A DNA stretch of 64,000 bases, taken from assembly GCA_951406725.2 (NCBI GenBank), contig OX597817.1:119474001-119538000 (forward strand). Direction: 5' to 3'. Origin of the DNA: Octopus vulgaris (Eukaryota). Both the position numbers and the translations under genes were made by a program. Shown here in pieces: positions 25,629 to 43,900 of this stretch; positions within the stretch are counted from its first letter, which is position 1; every line of letters starts with the position of its first letter. The notes beneath the pieces were generated by a model, which was given only the letters and a program-made list of their open reading frames with translations, made no database searches and was not told the origin of the DNA.

Positions 25629-25933
25629 TATATTCATATATAAATATACATATTCTCAGGAACTATTAGACCTGACACCATGTATTAGCCGGTGTATACA
25701 AAGCAACGAATAACTTTGCAGAAACCATGGTTTGCTTTGTTTTCTGACTTTATAATCATCTCATAATAATGACTTTAAATTACTACCTCAGTTCATCTAA
25801 ATGTATATATTTGTCGTTACCTTTCATAAAAAGCCTTTTTTTTATTTACAATGTACATTTTCATTGATTTTTCATATTTTACCCTTACATTTCCACGTGT
25901 ATTTTATATTTTCTTTTTGTAACATATTTCTAT

Positions 25934-29430
<3,497 letters not shown>

Positions 29431-29479
29431 TATAATACATAAGTATATATAAATATCTTTAGCACACACACACATTATA

Positions 29480-29968
29480 CAGTAATCCATTGACTACTGC
29501 AGGTGTTACATTCCAAAGCAGCCCCATGATAGATAAAAATCCATGAAGTAGAAACAGTACTGTACTGTATATTTTTGTTATTATTTTTATAATTTGTATA
29601 TATTTATTTTTTTCATGAATGCAGAACAAAACCACATACCTCCTGACTTTTTTCTTCCATACAGTATGTGTGGTTCTTTGATTACTCATTTACTATGCAT
29701 TTTCTTTTAATATATTTTAATTAATGTGTTATACTGTGCAGTACTGTACTGTATTTCTGTTTATTAATTTATTAATATTTAGGCGTGAAAATGCTCATTT
29801 TACCACAGAAATAATTGAAATCTAAAATAATAATATAAATACCTATTGGCTGCAGAAACCCGCGATATACTGAGGAGTCTGCAATATAAATTTACATATG
29901 TTAGCCATAAAAATCCACAATGTACTGAGGGTGCTATAGGTGAACTGCAATATGGCGAATAATTACTG
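29480..29968. mobile_element. Tigger/pogo-like MITE
   Basis: TA|cagtaatccattgactactgcagg ... ctgcaatatggcgaataattactg|TA; internal repeats cagtactgtactgtat. Confidence 0.8.
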
Positions 29969-29979
29969 TATGCATGTGC

Positions 29980-30308
<329 letters not shown>

Positions 30309-31389
30309 AGGATAATTTCATATCTCCAGTTAAACCGAAAGCAATTTTGTTAATTCGAAGAAGCAAAATAAAAATAGGACTGCAGCTGGAAGTGCTCAGG
30401 TGATACCAAGGCGAAGGGAGAAATAAACTGAAAGGTATGATGAATAAATGTTCCAATCAGTCAAAACAATTTTATATCATTCCCAAATTATCAAAAAAAT
30501 CAAAAATATATTAAAACAATAAGGCACCCAATGGTAAAATGCAATAGTATAAAATATACACATATACATGAATAAAAGGGGATAAAACTTAAAACTGAGT
30601 GAAGTTGAATGAAGAAAAATATATGGAATAAATTAATGCATGATAGAGGCGCCTAAAAATTTAAGGCAATGGAGCTAAACTAATATATATATATGTATAA
30701 ATATACAAGAATATAAATATAAAAAATAAAGTATAAGGTAACCAGAACAGAGTCCATTCAAGGCCATCTCTATGATCATTTCAAAGGATGTTGCTTTACA
30801 TCGTTAATGTACAATCCATTAAGGAAATCCAAAGGCAACCCCCTTTTCATGAAGAGAAAACTTACAAAGACTTCACATTTCTGGTTATCAAATTATGCAA
30901 TAATGCTTATATATATATATACATATAAGTAGTATTGTATATAATAATGTTTTATATAATCGTTATCAAACTAAGATGTACCTATCATCCACCCTTGTAT
31001 TTGTTCACTTCTGCTATTATCAATATCAACTTTACTACACCCTCACCATATATTCCTGTTTTTGTCATCTGATTTTCTCATCATATTCCTCCCCTTTAAA
31101 TCTAGTCCTTTCGAACACTCTCTCTCTTCATTCTTCCTCCTAAGTCACCTGGGCTAACATACAAGCTTTAGGTTATTGAGTATACTCTACACTCTACTCC
31201 ACCATCCTCCATATCAACTACCTTTCTACTGTCATTGCTTCCTCTTCTAGGTTCACACACCTTGGGTTACTAAGCACTCTAGAATTTTACTGTGTACAAG
31301 GTACCCTATCTCCTGTGATGGTGCTAAAACAAAACTTGCCTTGTTCCTTCTGTAGGTGAATGGTAAATGTAAGTGAAGCTACCTATTTA

Positions 31390-31695
31390 GAGCTGGTGTC
31401 ACAAAAATGCATCGAACATACAGTATAAAGTGATTGGTAAATAAACAGAGAAAGTATAGGATGGTCAGGTTTCTTCAATCTTGTCTCATCAAGATTTACT
31501 CAGTCTCTCATGCTGATGACATGAGAAAACTCTGTGATAGGAAATAGAAAGAGCATCTGATCACAGAAAGACAAGCAAGACAAGACATGAGTACCAGCCT
31601 TTTGGAGTAGTAGCTCCTAATAAGAAATTATTTTGATGATCTGTCCAGTCAATATTAGCATCCGAGGTGGACATTAACCAATGTTGATGATGATG
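31390..31695 (+). mobile_element. Old degraded SINE-like family D copy
   Basis: gctggtgtcacaaaaatgcatc...gaaagagcatctg...gacattaaccaatgttgatgatgatg. Confidence 0.45.
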
Positions 31696-31760
31696 TTCTG
31701 AATCTGTCTTTTAGAGTGTATGAATGAATGAATAATGAATAGTCACAAACGTGCTTTATA

Positions 31761-32160
31761 GGTGCAGGCATTGCTGTGTGTTAAGAAGCTTGCTTTCTTC
31801 CTAACCACATGAATCTGGGTTCAGCCTCACAGTATGGCACTCTGGGCAAGTGTCTTCTACTATAGCCTCAGGCTGATCGAAGCCTCATGGGTGATTTTGG
31901 TAGACAGAAACTGAAAGAAGCTCACCATGTGTGTGTAAGTGTGTTTGTCTGTCCCCAGCTATCACTTGATAACCGATGCTGGGGTGCTTTTCTTTTTGTT
32001 CCTATAACTTTGTGGTTCAGCAAAAGAGACTGATAGGATGTAACAGGCTTTAAAAAATAAATACTGAGTTCGATTCATTTCACTAAAAGATTCTCCAAGG
32101 TAGTGCCCCAGCATGACCTCAGTCAATTGAATAAAATAAGTAAAAGGAAAAAGATAAAAT
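31761..32160 (+). mobile_element. SINE family B
   Basis: ggtgcaggcattgctgtgtgttaagaagcttgc...tgggcaagtgtcttctactatagcctc...cagcatgacctcagtc. Confidence 0.85.
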
Positions 32161-33781
32161 AATGAAAAAAGAATATGGGGGGGGGACCATAAACCAAGAG
32201 AGATTATCAAATTAGTTTATTCAGTAGACACTCCAATTAGGTTATATAACCTAATTCAAATTTAGGATAAAAAATAAACAAATAATTTCAGAGGTGATGG
32301 AGTGAATGATGTATGCAAAAATTTCTTAATTAATTGAAATTTCTCACTTGGATATAAAAAAACAAAAAAATTAATGGTAATTGTTAGGCTCAAAGCAAAG
32401 GGGAGATAATTTTTTTAAAAAAATTTTAAAATGGCAAAAGTGATTCCCATGCTCAGGAGGAGAATCTGACGTTTGCTTTCCCCTAAGCATATAAATTAAT
32501 TCTGTGAAATTGTTGCAAAGTTTTTATTTTAAATTATCTATTATTCTGTGAGAGTTGCCAACAATTCCCATGAAGTTTTGGTTTGTTCACACAAGAGAAA
32601 AATTTTAATTAACTGAGGATTTTTTGGTATATTTTATTCAGTACATCGCAGTTCACCTTAATTTATTTATCTACATTCATGCCAATGATTCTCATGAGTT
32701 ACCTCTCTTGCCATTTTTTAAATATATTTATTGAAAACTAAGTAATTAAATATAATAAATTATAAGCTATTTATAAATCTTTTTCACTTTATATCTATCA
32801 CATTTAAACTTTATTATTCTTCAGAGAGCTTTATCTTGCAATTTTGTTATCATAATAAATTGCTTGCAATCTTTGATAGTATCTTACTTAGTATCATAAC
32901 TGTTCTACAAAGATTTGGCAGTTCTCTAATTGAAAGATTGTTGTGAGATAAGCCAAAACGTTTTCCTTAGTAGATCTAACTTTATTGAAGTGTATGGGCT
33001 GTACTTTCTAAAACTACTTCAGAGAAATATTGTAAGTTAGGCAGTGATGTGTTTGATATTGAAATTATCTATAACGAAATGTTAAGTTCAATAAATTATT
33101 TATATTTTAATTTTAAAAAGTGGTTTGCAAATGTTGAAAAGTGTAGGAATGACAAGCTAATACTTCAAAGAAAATGCTAGCGTTTACAGTTAAATTTCAA
33201 AGTTTGAAATGAACAGTTGTCCTATCAGTTAACTTTTGTCTACCAGGAGAAATCTGAAATGATAGACAAATACAATCTAACTTTACACAGAAATGTGAAC
33301 TGGAAATAAGTTGAACTAAAATTGCAGATGAGAAAGATGCAGAGTACTTGGCAACTTGCTTGATACCAGATAAAAAAAGAAAAAATAAACGCTAATGCAT
33401 TTTATTCAAATGGAAATCAAATATTGTAAAAACAAAACAAGAGCAATATCTGTTTAATCCATAAACACATCATATAGAGATTTCCAAGAATTTGGAAGTA
33501 TATCTGTGTTAGGTTTTTCTGAAAATATATAATAAATCTTTAACTAGCTGAATGTTATTTTTTCATCTATTGATTAATTTTTTTGAGTAGGATCAAAACA
33601 TATCTTAAAGGAAAATAATATATTTGACTGACCTAATTCCATTATAGCTTTAATATTTATATCATACACAATTTCAAAAGATGAACTAAATTTAATATTA
33701 GAGACTTGAAGAATTAAACTAGATGTATATAGAGTAGAGGAAACTAGTACTGTTTCTTCTGTCATAATTAACATATACATA

Positions 33782-33832
33782 TCATCATCATCATCATCGT
33801 TTAACGTCCACTTTCCATGCTAGCATGGGTTG
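33782..33832 (-). mobile_element. SINE-like family D 3' tail only
   Basis: (cat)n cgtttaacgtccactttccatgctagcatgggttg. Confidence 0.75.
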
Positions 33833-34668
33833 AGAATTTTGTATGTTACTTCTGTAATCACATACATGTTTAACTGTTTACTGACTAAGAGTTTTATGAG
33901 ATATCAATCTTATAAAATTTTGATGTCAATTTCCAGTGAAGAATATCACTTTTTAAAAAATTAATACTAAACCAAGCTTTCAAGGACATGATGTAGGAAA
34001 TATGTTAAAATATGTTCATTAAGAGAACGCAAGAAACGTACACAAAAAGCAAGGTATTCAGCATTAATGCAGTTATAAATATGTGTTTATGATGTAAAAA
34101 CTTTTGGTTTGGATGACATGTTATTTTCTAATAAATTTAGTTACTAGATTTTCCAGATCATAAAAATACTCAAAAGAATTCTAAGTTTGTTCCAAGCTAA
34201 TTGCAAGTAAGGAATCTTCCACTCTGTTTTGATAATGATTTTGATTTGAGAGTTGTACTATTTCCACAAGTTTAAATGCAGTAGTAGAAACAGAGATTTA
34301 TTAGAATGTGCATCTAAACTTTTGTCATTAATCAATGTGAAATTGTAGTACATGAAAACAAATATATATTCTCGGTTTCTTTTTTATTATTGTTGATAGA
34401 AGTAAATACTAGTAAATTTTCAATAATAATTCCAAAATGTTGCAATTAATTCAGGTTATATTAAAAGTATTTATATTTCTAGAACTCTCTTTTTGGAATA
34501 ATTCAGTCTAGAAACTTTAACTCCTCCTACAATAAATCTCTCTAATTTTATACCATCATGTCAACTTCAGTAAATTCTTAATATATTCATACATATGGGT
34601 GTTATATATTGTGCAATAGATATGTACAAATTTCCAGTAAGACTGATAATTTATAAAGATATATAAAT

Positions 34669-34914
34669 ATCATCATCATTATCATCATTGTCGTTTAACA
34701 TCCACTTTCTATGCTAGCATGGGTTGGACAGTTTGACTGAGAGCTGGCAAATCAGAAGGCTGCACTAGGTTCCAATCTGAGCTGACAATGTTTCTACAGC
34801 TGGATGCCCTTCCTAATGCCAACCACTCCAAGAGTGTAGTAGGTGCTCTTTACATGCCACCGGCATGAGGGCCAGTCAGGAGGTACTAGCATTGGCCATG
34901 CTTGGATGGTGCTT
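34669..34914 (-). mobile_element. SINE-like family D
   Basis: tttctacagctggatgcccttcctaatgccaaccactcc core with (cat)n tail. Confidence 0.85.
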
Positions 34915-34963
34915 ATATTATGTAGAAATAGATATTCATCATCATATATCAAGAAACAACATT

Positions 34964-35001
<38 letters not shown>

Positions 35002-35524
35002 GATACATACACACAAAAATATATGTAGATACACACACATATATGCACATATACTTATATATGCATATATACATATGCACAAACATACACACACCATTCT
35101 GTGTATCATACTCAAAGTAGATACCTAACAGAAGTGAGAGGTGTTGTCATGGTATATGGTATGCCTTGGGCATCATAACTTTTGTTTGATAGAGTCCATT
35201 CCTCTCCAGATCTGCCATGTTCTGAAGTGCTATTGCAAAAACATTCACTTTTATACGTTATATAGATTTAATACCAAAAGTAACTTAAATTATCAATGAC
35301 ATTTATGCAAATGTCCCAGTTATCAGTTAGAAACAAAAAATAATCATCGAATAAAAGTCAGTAAGATCAAACCCAGCTATCACTTATATATAGCAATTTT
35401 TAAGCAATTTACAATATTTAAAAATAGAGTCTTTTCTATCGACTGCAGGTATATATTTACACTTGCAGTATAAATATATCTTGCAGTATATATTTATACA
35501 GTAACATAAATATATCTAATCTTT

Positions 35525-36113
35525 TGCTATTTTATTTGCTTCAGTCATTGGACTTTGGCAATGCTGGGTACTACCTTGAAAGGTTTAGCCAAATAGATTG
35601 ACCCTAGTACTTATTTTTAAAGCCTGGTCCTTATTTTATCAGTATATTTTCTTGAACTTTCAATAGTCAAGGGATGCAGGGTTTAAAAACTCAAACACAA
35701 AGACGCACCAATACACACACACACACTCACACACACAATGTGCTTCCATAGTTTTATATTTCTTTATTGCCCACAAGGGGCTAAACATAGAGGGGACAAA
35801 CAAGGACAGACAAAGGGGTTAAGTCAATTACATCGACCCTAGTGCATAACTGGTACTTAATTTATTGACCCCGAAAGGATGAAAGGCAAAGTCGACCTCG
35901 GCGGAATTTAAAATCAGAACGTAACAGCAGACGAAATACCACCATAGTTCCACAAAATACCGCCTTGCTTCCATAGTTTCTGTCAACCAAATTCATCCAC
36001 AAGGCATTGGACCACATGGGCTATAGTAGAAGACACTTGCTCAAGGTGCAATTCATTGGAACTGAACCCAAAACCACATGGTTGCAAAGCAAGCTCCTTA
36101 ACTGCACAACCAT
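35525..36113 (-). mobile_element. SINE family B interrupted by a family A copy
   Basis: Reverse family B motifs: gctatagtagaagacacttgctcaaggtgc, gaactgaaccc, gcaagctccttaactgcac. Confidence 0.8.
35755..35965 (-). mobile_element. SINE family A, 5'-truncated, nested
   Basis: 14-bp TSD tgcttccatagttt at 35741-35754 and 35966-35979. Confidence 0.9.
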
Positions 36114-39100
36114 GTCAAAATTGTGGAAGAGATCAACCCAATCCAACTGAATATTTTACGAAAGAAGCAAAGAGAGAGATGTAGAAAGAAGCTTTATAAA
36201 GTAAAGCAAGATGGGTTCAATAATGATGGATTAAGTTTTAACCAAATAACTGAATGGATGTAGAATTTTTTTATTTTAAGGAGCAAAGAAAATTAGATTT
36301 GTTTACTACTTTATCATTTATTTTTGATATATCTGCTAAAAGAAAAGAAAATTAGTAGAGTCTAAGTAATGTGAAAAATTTCATGTATAAATGTTTTGGT
36401 TTTGTCTTTCCTACATTGTACAAGAAACTTGATTCTATTTTCCTTCAGGTAAATAATTTCAGTTTCACCTTTACTTTATATTTTCTGTAGATTATATATC
36501 AAAGCAAAGGAATCAAGAGTAAGAATGTTTCACTATTCATGATATGTGGAAGCAAAAACAAACAAAATAAAATATATATATTATTCTTAATTAAATTACT
36601 CCATTAAAAATGTAAAGAAAAACAAACACCTTAGCAGATGTGGTTCTTCTTTAAAATACATTTTATTTTCAGTAGAAATTTATTTTTCTTATCTCTTGAA
36701 TTATTTACCTCAAGGTTCTGATCATGTTTTTTACTGGTAAGATTGAAACACATTCAAGTATATAAAGATCATTCAAAAGAGGCTATGAAATAAGATAATA
36801 GCATTCTACTTTGGAAATCAGGTTTATGTCTTACTGAACACATGACTGAAAATATCTAGCACAAGTGATATTTAATCTAACTTTGACTTTCTCTTGCTCT
36901 TTATTTCTCCCTCTCTTCCACTTGATCTCTCTTTCACTTGCCTAAATTCCTTTAATTCCTGTTTTTTTTCTATTTAGCTTTTTGTGGGAAGATAATTTTA
37001 GGTGCATCATGCTTCTTCACTTGAAATGATAGCTTTCCATAAACTTGATAATGAATTCAGTGGACACTACTGTACAGTATGTATATGGCAAATTCTTCAG
37101 GGTTTTTAACAATTGCATAATTTAAAAAATAAAAAAAACCTTTGACCATTCTATAAATGCATTTTATGAGTAAATTTAAAGCAGGCAATCAATTGAAATA
37201 ACATTGATGGAGAGCACTAATTATGATTAAATGGTTCAACTTTAGATATGGCTGAATATGCATTACTTTTCTGTTAGCACATAGATATTTATTCTAAAGC
37301 ATTCTATTTTACCTCGATTACATTTAAGTTTCTATTCTTTATATATTTCCTTTTGAAAAGTGGCTATGTTAAGAAATTGTATGAGCTGCAAGTGACCAAA
37401 ACATCAGAAATAAAATACAATAATGTCTAATACTAACCAAATGATTTATAAACTCCACAAAGTTCTATTTGTAGTTTCCATCAGCTAACAGCTTTAGTAA
37501 ATCACTTATACATGTATGACTTGAGTTATTGTTAATAAGATTATAATTTTTCAGACTATTAGTTATGTCTTTAATGAAGAAACATATTTTAATATTTACA
37601 TCTATATCAATTCAGTAGCATATCACAGAGTATTTGAGGTATGCTGACTGCACAGGGCAGCCACTTTATGTACATGCATTTGCCATAGTCTGCAACATTT
37701 AAAGAAGGAGTTGGCCAGTTTGGTTTTTACACAAGACAGCAAAACCTATACTTTGCCACTGCGCTTTATGAGTGTACCAGACTAGATTTGAACAAGTTAC
37801 TTATATTTCTAAATCAGTTATAATGAAGCTCTTATAAAGTTTTGTACTATATGCATATATATTATTAAGATACCTGATGATGACTGGAATTCAAATCAAT
37901 CAAAAATGCAAATATAGATATAAAAAATATTTCATTTCTAAAGTGGAAGCTAAGAGTCAGTAAAATTACATTCATCTTACAGATATGTTACACATATATT
38001 TCAACTAAAACAGTTGTTAATTATTCACATATGGAAATCTAAAAAAATATTCAAAATAGCATAGCAGAAATACTGATTTATTTTCAAACTCTGTCTTAGA
38101 TTGTAAAAGGCAAGCAGTCAAGTGCTTACAGCATCAATTAACTGGTTATGGTATTGGTTAAGTAGCACTTACTGTGTCACTGGAGAGGAAATTTAATGCT
38201 GTATTACTTCAGTTTATCAAGCTGAAGAATTGATGCCAAGTCTCCTGGTGAAGGCACCAATAATCAACCTTTGACTCGTATCTGCTTAACAACACAAATA
38301 CAAGTGTTAAGAACCAAATTTATAGACCATTGGAGTTGGCAAAAAGATTAAGCTATATTAAATACCATTGATGACATCAATCTATACAAAATTATGATTT
38401 ATCCATTCAACAGATATAAATGTATACAGGAATTACACTGAATATTTCCTGTAAGCTTATTATAGTGCACTTGTGTCTACTGTCAACCAAAATAAAAAGT
38501 GCCAGTAATACACTATAGCAAAGTTTATTAACTATACTACACTTCTACAAATTTTGCCCTCGTATCTAATCAAAAAAATCTATTTCAAGATAGGTTAAGT
38601 AAAAGTTAACCATTTAACATATCCAGGCATCATTCTGTCATCATAATTTCCTATCTTATAAGGGACATTTCCATGTATCACTTGATTAAGGAATTTAATT
38701 CCAATATTTCAATTTGCCCAGAAGTAGAATAGCTATCAGATCTTCTTGAAAAAAATCAGACAATATAGGAGATATTAATATTTTAGCTTAGGAGAAAATT
38801 GTCTCAGATTTAAGAAATACTACAGAAACCAGTACTAAACACCACTTCAAGCAACACTTGGTAAGGATCTGAGATTCCTTAGCAGAGTATTACACAATTA
38901 TCTATTGATATGCAAGATATTTCATTTTAATGAAAGGAAAACAGAAAACATAGATACTAATGATGACTATCCCTTATTAGAATAGAAATTATCAGTATCA
39001 ACATTAATTATATTAATAAAAATGATCTAACATACTTTTGCAGAGATAGTCTTCCTAAATATAGTGGAGGAAAAAAAAAACCCAGTAAATTAATGTGTCT

Positions 39101-39958
39101 AATATAAAAAAAAAGACATGGAAAAAAAATCAATTTTCTATAATGGCTTTCATAAACCTAATTAGTGACAGTAAATGAATATCTATTTATAATACTGTAT
39201 TATCATTTTTTTAAAAGTATTTTTCTTTAAGTAATTTTATCCAAATGAAGGTGATGATATTTAACCATATAAGTTAGACCTGATTTCAGCTTCCCTCAAT
39301 ATTTGATTAAAAGCATAAATCTGAACCAACCCTGTACTAGTAATGTCTGATAAGTTGTTTTTTTTTTTTTAAGCAAGCATGCTAGTTTGTTCTTTTCTTT
39401 TTAGTTATTTTTGCCTACATAATTAAATAATCAATGAATAGAAAAACTACTGAAATTGTCTTTTTTTATTTTCTTTAAAAAAATAACCACAAAAAAAAAT
39501 CAATCTTTTTAATGGGTGACTGAATTCTAGAGACTGACAATAGAATAGTCCCATGTTACTGACTTTTTTTATTTTCCAAACAAACTGTCTTGGTTATTGA
39601 TCTGTGAAATGAACCACGAGAAAATAGATAAGTAACAGAATTCAAAACAAGTTTTTAAAATGAAACATAGTTTTGCCTTACTAAAAATCAATAAATAAAA
39701 CAGAATAAATAAAAGATGATACATTTTTTGCTTGAACAACAAAATTAGATTGTCTATCATTAATAGGATCATTTGAGAATGAAGATATGCTGGTTGAAGT
39801 GCAATAAAATTAATGAATATTAACATTAATTTACGAACATTGTTGTTGTCTCATAGGGAAAATACAAGGTAAAAAATTAAATAAATTCAGAAATGATGCA
39901 ATAACAACACCAGAAAACTAAAAATGAAAATATTATTTAAATATTATTCTTCCCAGTC

Positions 39959-40062
39959 ATTAGTTGTTACAAACAAGCGATATAGAAAACAGTGTTTTGT
40001 ACAAAATATTATTAGTTGGTACAAAGAAGCGATATAGAAAACAATGCCTTGTACAAAATACA
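39959..40062. repeat. 52-bp imperfect tandem duplication
   Basis: attagttg.tacaaa.aagcgatatagaaaaca.tg..ttgtacaaaata x2. Confidence 0.85.
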
Positions 40063-40714
40063 ATTTTGTATAACATTTGTTGAGATAACCACAATTTAAT
40101 GACTCTCGTCTATTATAAACTATCTTAGTGTTTTCCATGTATTCTTACTTGTTGGTGGATTAGTATCATGTTAGAAGGGACAAAAAAATTTAAGAGATGT
40201 AGAGCCACAACACTATTTGTTAGAATAGAGATTAAAAACTGAAGGAGGATATAGCCGAAGATTTCTGGATGCCAGTGGAGCCAGCTAAAAATGTGTTTGA
40301 CAAAAACGAAGACTATATATTTTGATAACATTATACCATGACTATTTTTAAATTCTAAAATGATTTGATTAATGGAAATTTTATGCATGAGTCTTTATTA
40401 TGAGGTTCAAACTTATTAAGGTGGCTAATAGAATCTGTTATGCAACAGTTCATTTCACTAGTTATTTTTAATTTACACCCATTAATAGAATATTTCAAGT
40501 TTTAAATTTTGTCTTCTAATGAATTCACATGGTTAAAGGGCAAGTGAATCTTAAAAAATCATATGAGCACTAACTAGTTAACTAAGGCTCTTGATTTCTA
40601 TTTTTGCCCTTTTTTCATTGATAGACAAAGAGCATATTTAGTGGTTTTTCTGTTTTCCAAACAAACATAAACTTAATGGATTAGTAAGAAAAAACAAACT
40701 TATATAATTTAAAC

Positions 40715-41265
40715 AGATATAGTTGAATCACTTAAATGGATTTTAGCTTCACAAATACAGGATTTCAGGTTCAGTTGCACTGTGAAGTACCTTGGGCAAA
40801 TATATTCTACTATAGCCATAGACTGGTCAATGTTTAGTGATGAAATTTGGTAGATAGAATCTGTATAGAAGCTTATGTGTGTTTTTTTCTTGCTTTCACC
40901 AATTTATAGTGTACGATAAGTATAAAGTATATAAACGTAATCAATAGGTTATGAAATTTTGAACGTGTTGGGTTTTGCTTAAACTAACTGTGGTAACGGA
41001 CATCTTATTTCAATAAGACTACATCTCTTCCCCAACACACACACCCACATAATACATGTATGTAAGACAAAAAGATTATGAGTTTGTAATCTCTATTTAG
41101 AGGGAAGTTGTTTATACTCCTGCAGCAAAAAAAAGTATAGAATAAGCTCCAGACTTGAAAATAAGCCCTAGAGTTGATTTGATCAACAAATCCTTCTAAA
41201 GTAGTGTCCCAGTATGGTAATAATTCAATGAATGAAACAAGTAAAAAAAAAAATAAAGGAATAAA
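40715..41265 (+). mobile_element. Old SINE family B copy with an internal insertion
   Basis: caggttcagttgcactgtgaagtaccttgggcaaatatattctactatagcc ... gtagtgtcccagtatgg...aatgaaacaagtaaaa. Confidence 0.7.
40947..41099 (+). repeat. ~150-bp dispersed repeat, copy 1
   Basis: Aligns with 43901-44070 (ggttatgaaatt...aaactaac.gtggtaac...catcttatttcaataagac...agattatgag). Confidence 0.8.
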
Positions 41266-43414
41266 ATAAGCATTTTAAATCTTCAGGGATTTTTTTCTGA
41301 AACCTATTTTGGTAAATAGTAAATGAGCGTAATTGGCTCGCATAATCCTCTATGTTAACAAGTGTGACAACAAACCACATAGAGAAGTTGGATACTATGA
41401 TATCCAAAACATCTCTAAAAGGAAATAGGAAAACACAAGAGTCTTCGAATTAAGAATTGATTATTTCATGAATTTGATTCACAAAAAAGCCTCACAAGTA
41501 TATGGAAATGGTTACAAGATACCTCATACTTAAAACTACAAGTTGAAATCAAGCTTTATAAATAAATTCTGTATAAGGAAATTAATGGTTCATGTGGAAG
41601 TATATATGAATTAAAAACAGAGGCAGAACGATGTTCCATAACTATTCAACAGGGACAAAGAAATTAAAACTTAATAAAAAAGATCTAAAAGGTATTCATA
41701 ACAGATATGACCACATAATTACACATGTGGGTAGTTTTCTTTTGGCAACAGTTTTAAAGAAATACAGTCGTCACATCCTCTTCTTCATAGATCTATAGAC
41801 TTTCATATCATTAAAACTGAGTTGTTTATAAACAGATTAACCTCCTTATACTTCTGTGTCACTTTTTTGTCATTAGCTCTTGCCCATATGATATATATGA
41901 GTGTGTATGTATATATATAACCTACTCAGTTGTAGATTCCAAACAAATGAAACTCAGACAACAATACAAGTTCCCTCCTGGTTTCCCTTGGATATACAGA
42001 AATACACATGAAGCTCTAAATACTGGTTATTTGAAGCCTTATTTAAATCTAAATTGCCCTATATCATTTCACACACACACAAACACACACACCACAAACA
42101 TACATACATATACACACACTTCCTCACAAATGCAAGCACACACTGAATTTTGAATTATTACCATTCTAAAATAATACTTCACAACAATAGAAAAACAATT
42201 ATCATTTCAGAGAGTTTAAAAGGAAATTAAAAAACTGTCAAAGAAATTTTAATGGAAAAATCCATCTGAAACTCAAAACTGTATGCTTAATATTTCAAGA
42301 GAGGGAATTCAGACCTGACACTGATGTCAAATTTTGACATGACAAATGTCAAAGTTAAAGATTCTCATATGATGAGAATTATGACATCGAATTGATTATT
42401 TTGTTAATACTTCATTTTCTTTCTTTTGAAAAAAAATAAATACAAATTAATCTCATCATACATCTTATAGTTTTTATTTGGAATCCATAAAAGTTGTTTG
42501 ACTATTTTTACTATTATCATCATCACTAATGTCATATTTTCACTATTCTCATTAATAAACATTAAAAACAAAGGTTACTGTAAAACTTGTGCAGGCTTTG
42601 TAAGAGCTTCATTGTTCTAAATTGCAAAGGGGCAAGTTTTGTTGTTATGACACAAAACATGAATTTCCTAATTTTTCTGCATTATTTTACCTTGTCATTG
42701 TTTTTATTTTTTTCTAAACTGACACTAGTCTAGCTACAAATTTTCTTTTGTTTCTGTTTAACTTCAGTTATCAAAGCAGAGTTCTTAGCAGCAATTACTG
42801 GCAGCTGATTTCTTGTGGTGATTACTCAAATACATGCAACAGTAAAAGAAAATTTATTCAAATCTCTCTGCTTATCCTTTAAATTTAAAGTGTTTATTGA
42901 GTTAATTTCCTTTACATTGTTTTCCTGTATCAAGTGATTTAGTAACCTGCTAACAATACACCTGGAATTTTATCAAATTCTTCTGAGAAAGGATGGAAGC
43001 AAAAAACCTAGGTGTATATAATCACACTTTGCTATAGAAGATTAAATTATAGCTAATAGCTAAATCAAGTATTCTATACATATTTATTTTTTCTTTTATT
43101 TTTCTTATTTTTCTTTGAAAAGAATATTGAATACATAGTTCGATCAATTGCAATCATTTTCATAAAACCTCTATGATCAATAAATGGAAATGAGATCAAA
43201 TGCAATTATTGGTATTCTTGTTATATACAGAACCATATCTGTTGACCTATATAAATACTGATATTAAAGGAAATACATATAAGCTATTACTTCAAAGACT
43301 GTATATGACCGTATTCACAAAGTTATATAATTATTAAGGGGGTATAAAAATATGCTTTTTTCTCTATGTATTCATGAATGCAAACACATGAAACAAACAT
43401 ATACACATACATTA

Positions 43415-43416
<2 letters not shown>

Positions 43417-43455
<39 letters not shown>
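43417..43455. repeat. (GT)n microsatellite
   Basis: Direct reading. Confidence 0.97.
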
Positions 43456-43456
<1 letters not shown>

Positions 43457-43900
43457 CAGATAGATTTAATCAAAATTATATCGTTTTAAATATAAAGAAA
43501 AAATATTGATAAGTATTGCCACACTCACTCACATATACATATGACTAAGAAAGTCACTCACATGTTTGATAAGTTCAATGGGGAAATTTGAAAAAAAATT
43601 TCATAGTCCACTTTACGCTTGAAACCATAAAACGTCAAAGAATTTGTTGTGTATCCAATATATTTAATGTCTTATATCCAAGAAATATTCTGTAATTATA
43701 CAGAACCAGAATGAGGATGAAGAGTTGATGAAACCTAAAGTTGTACTTTGGCTCAAATAACCTATGGTGATATGAGATTGTGGACAACATTACCTCATAT
43801 CATGATGTGATTTACTTACAGTTAGTTTTATATTCAAGTTTGGCATCAGTTGGCTAACTATGTAAGATATGTGTAAAGTGCAAAAACATAATAATGAACA

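Noticed and set aside
37688-37823. Open segment SATFKEGVGQFGFYTRQQNLYFATALYEC...
   Set aside because: No recognisable domain and no convincing splice partner.
39959-40062. Repeat pair resembling a CRISPR unit
   Set aside because: Two adjacent copies with no spacer, in a eukaryotic context with no cas genes.
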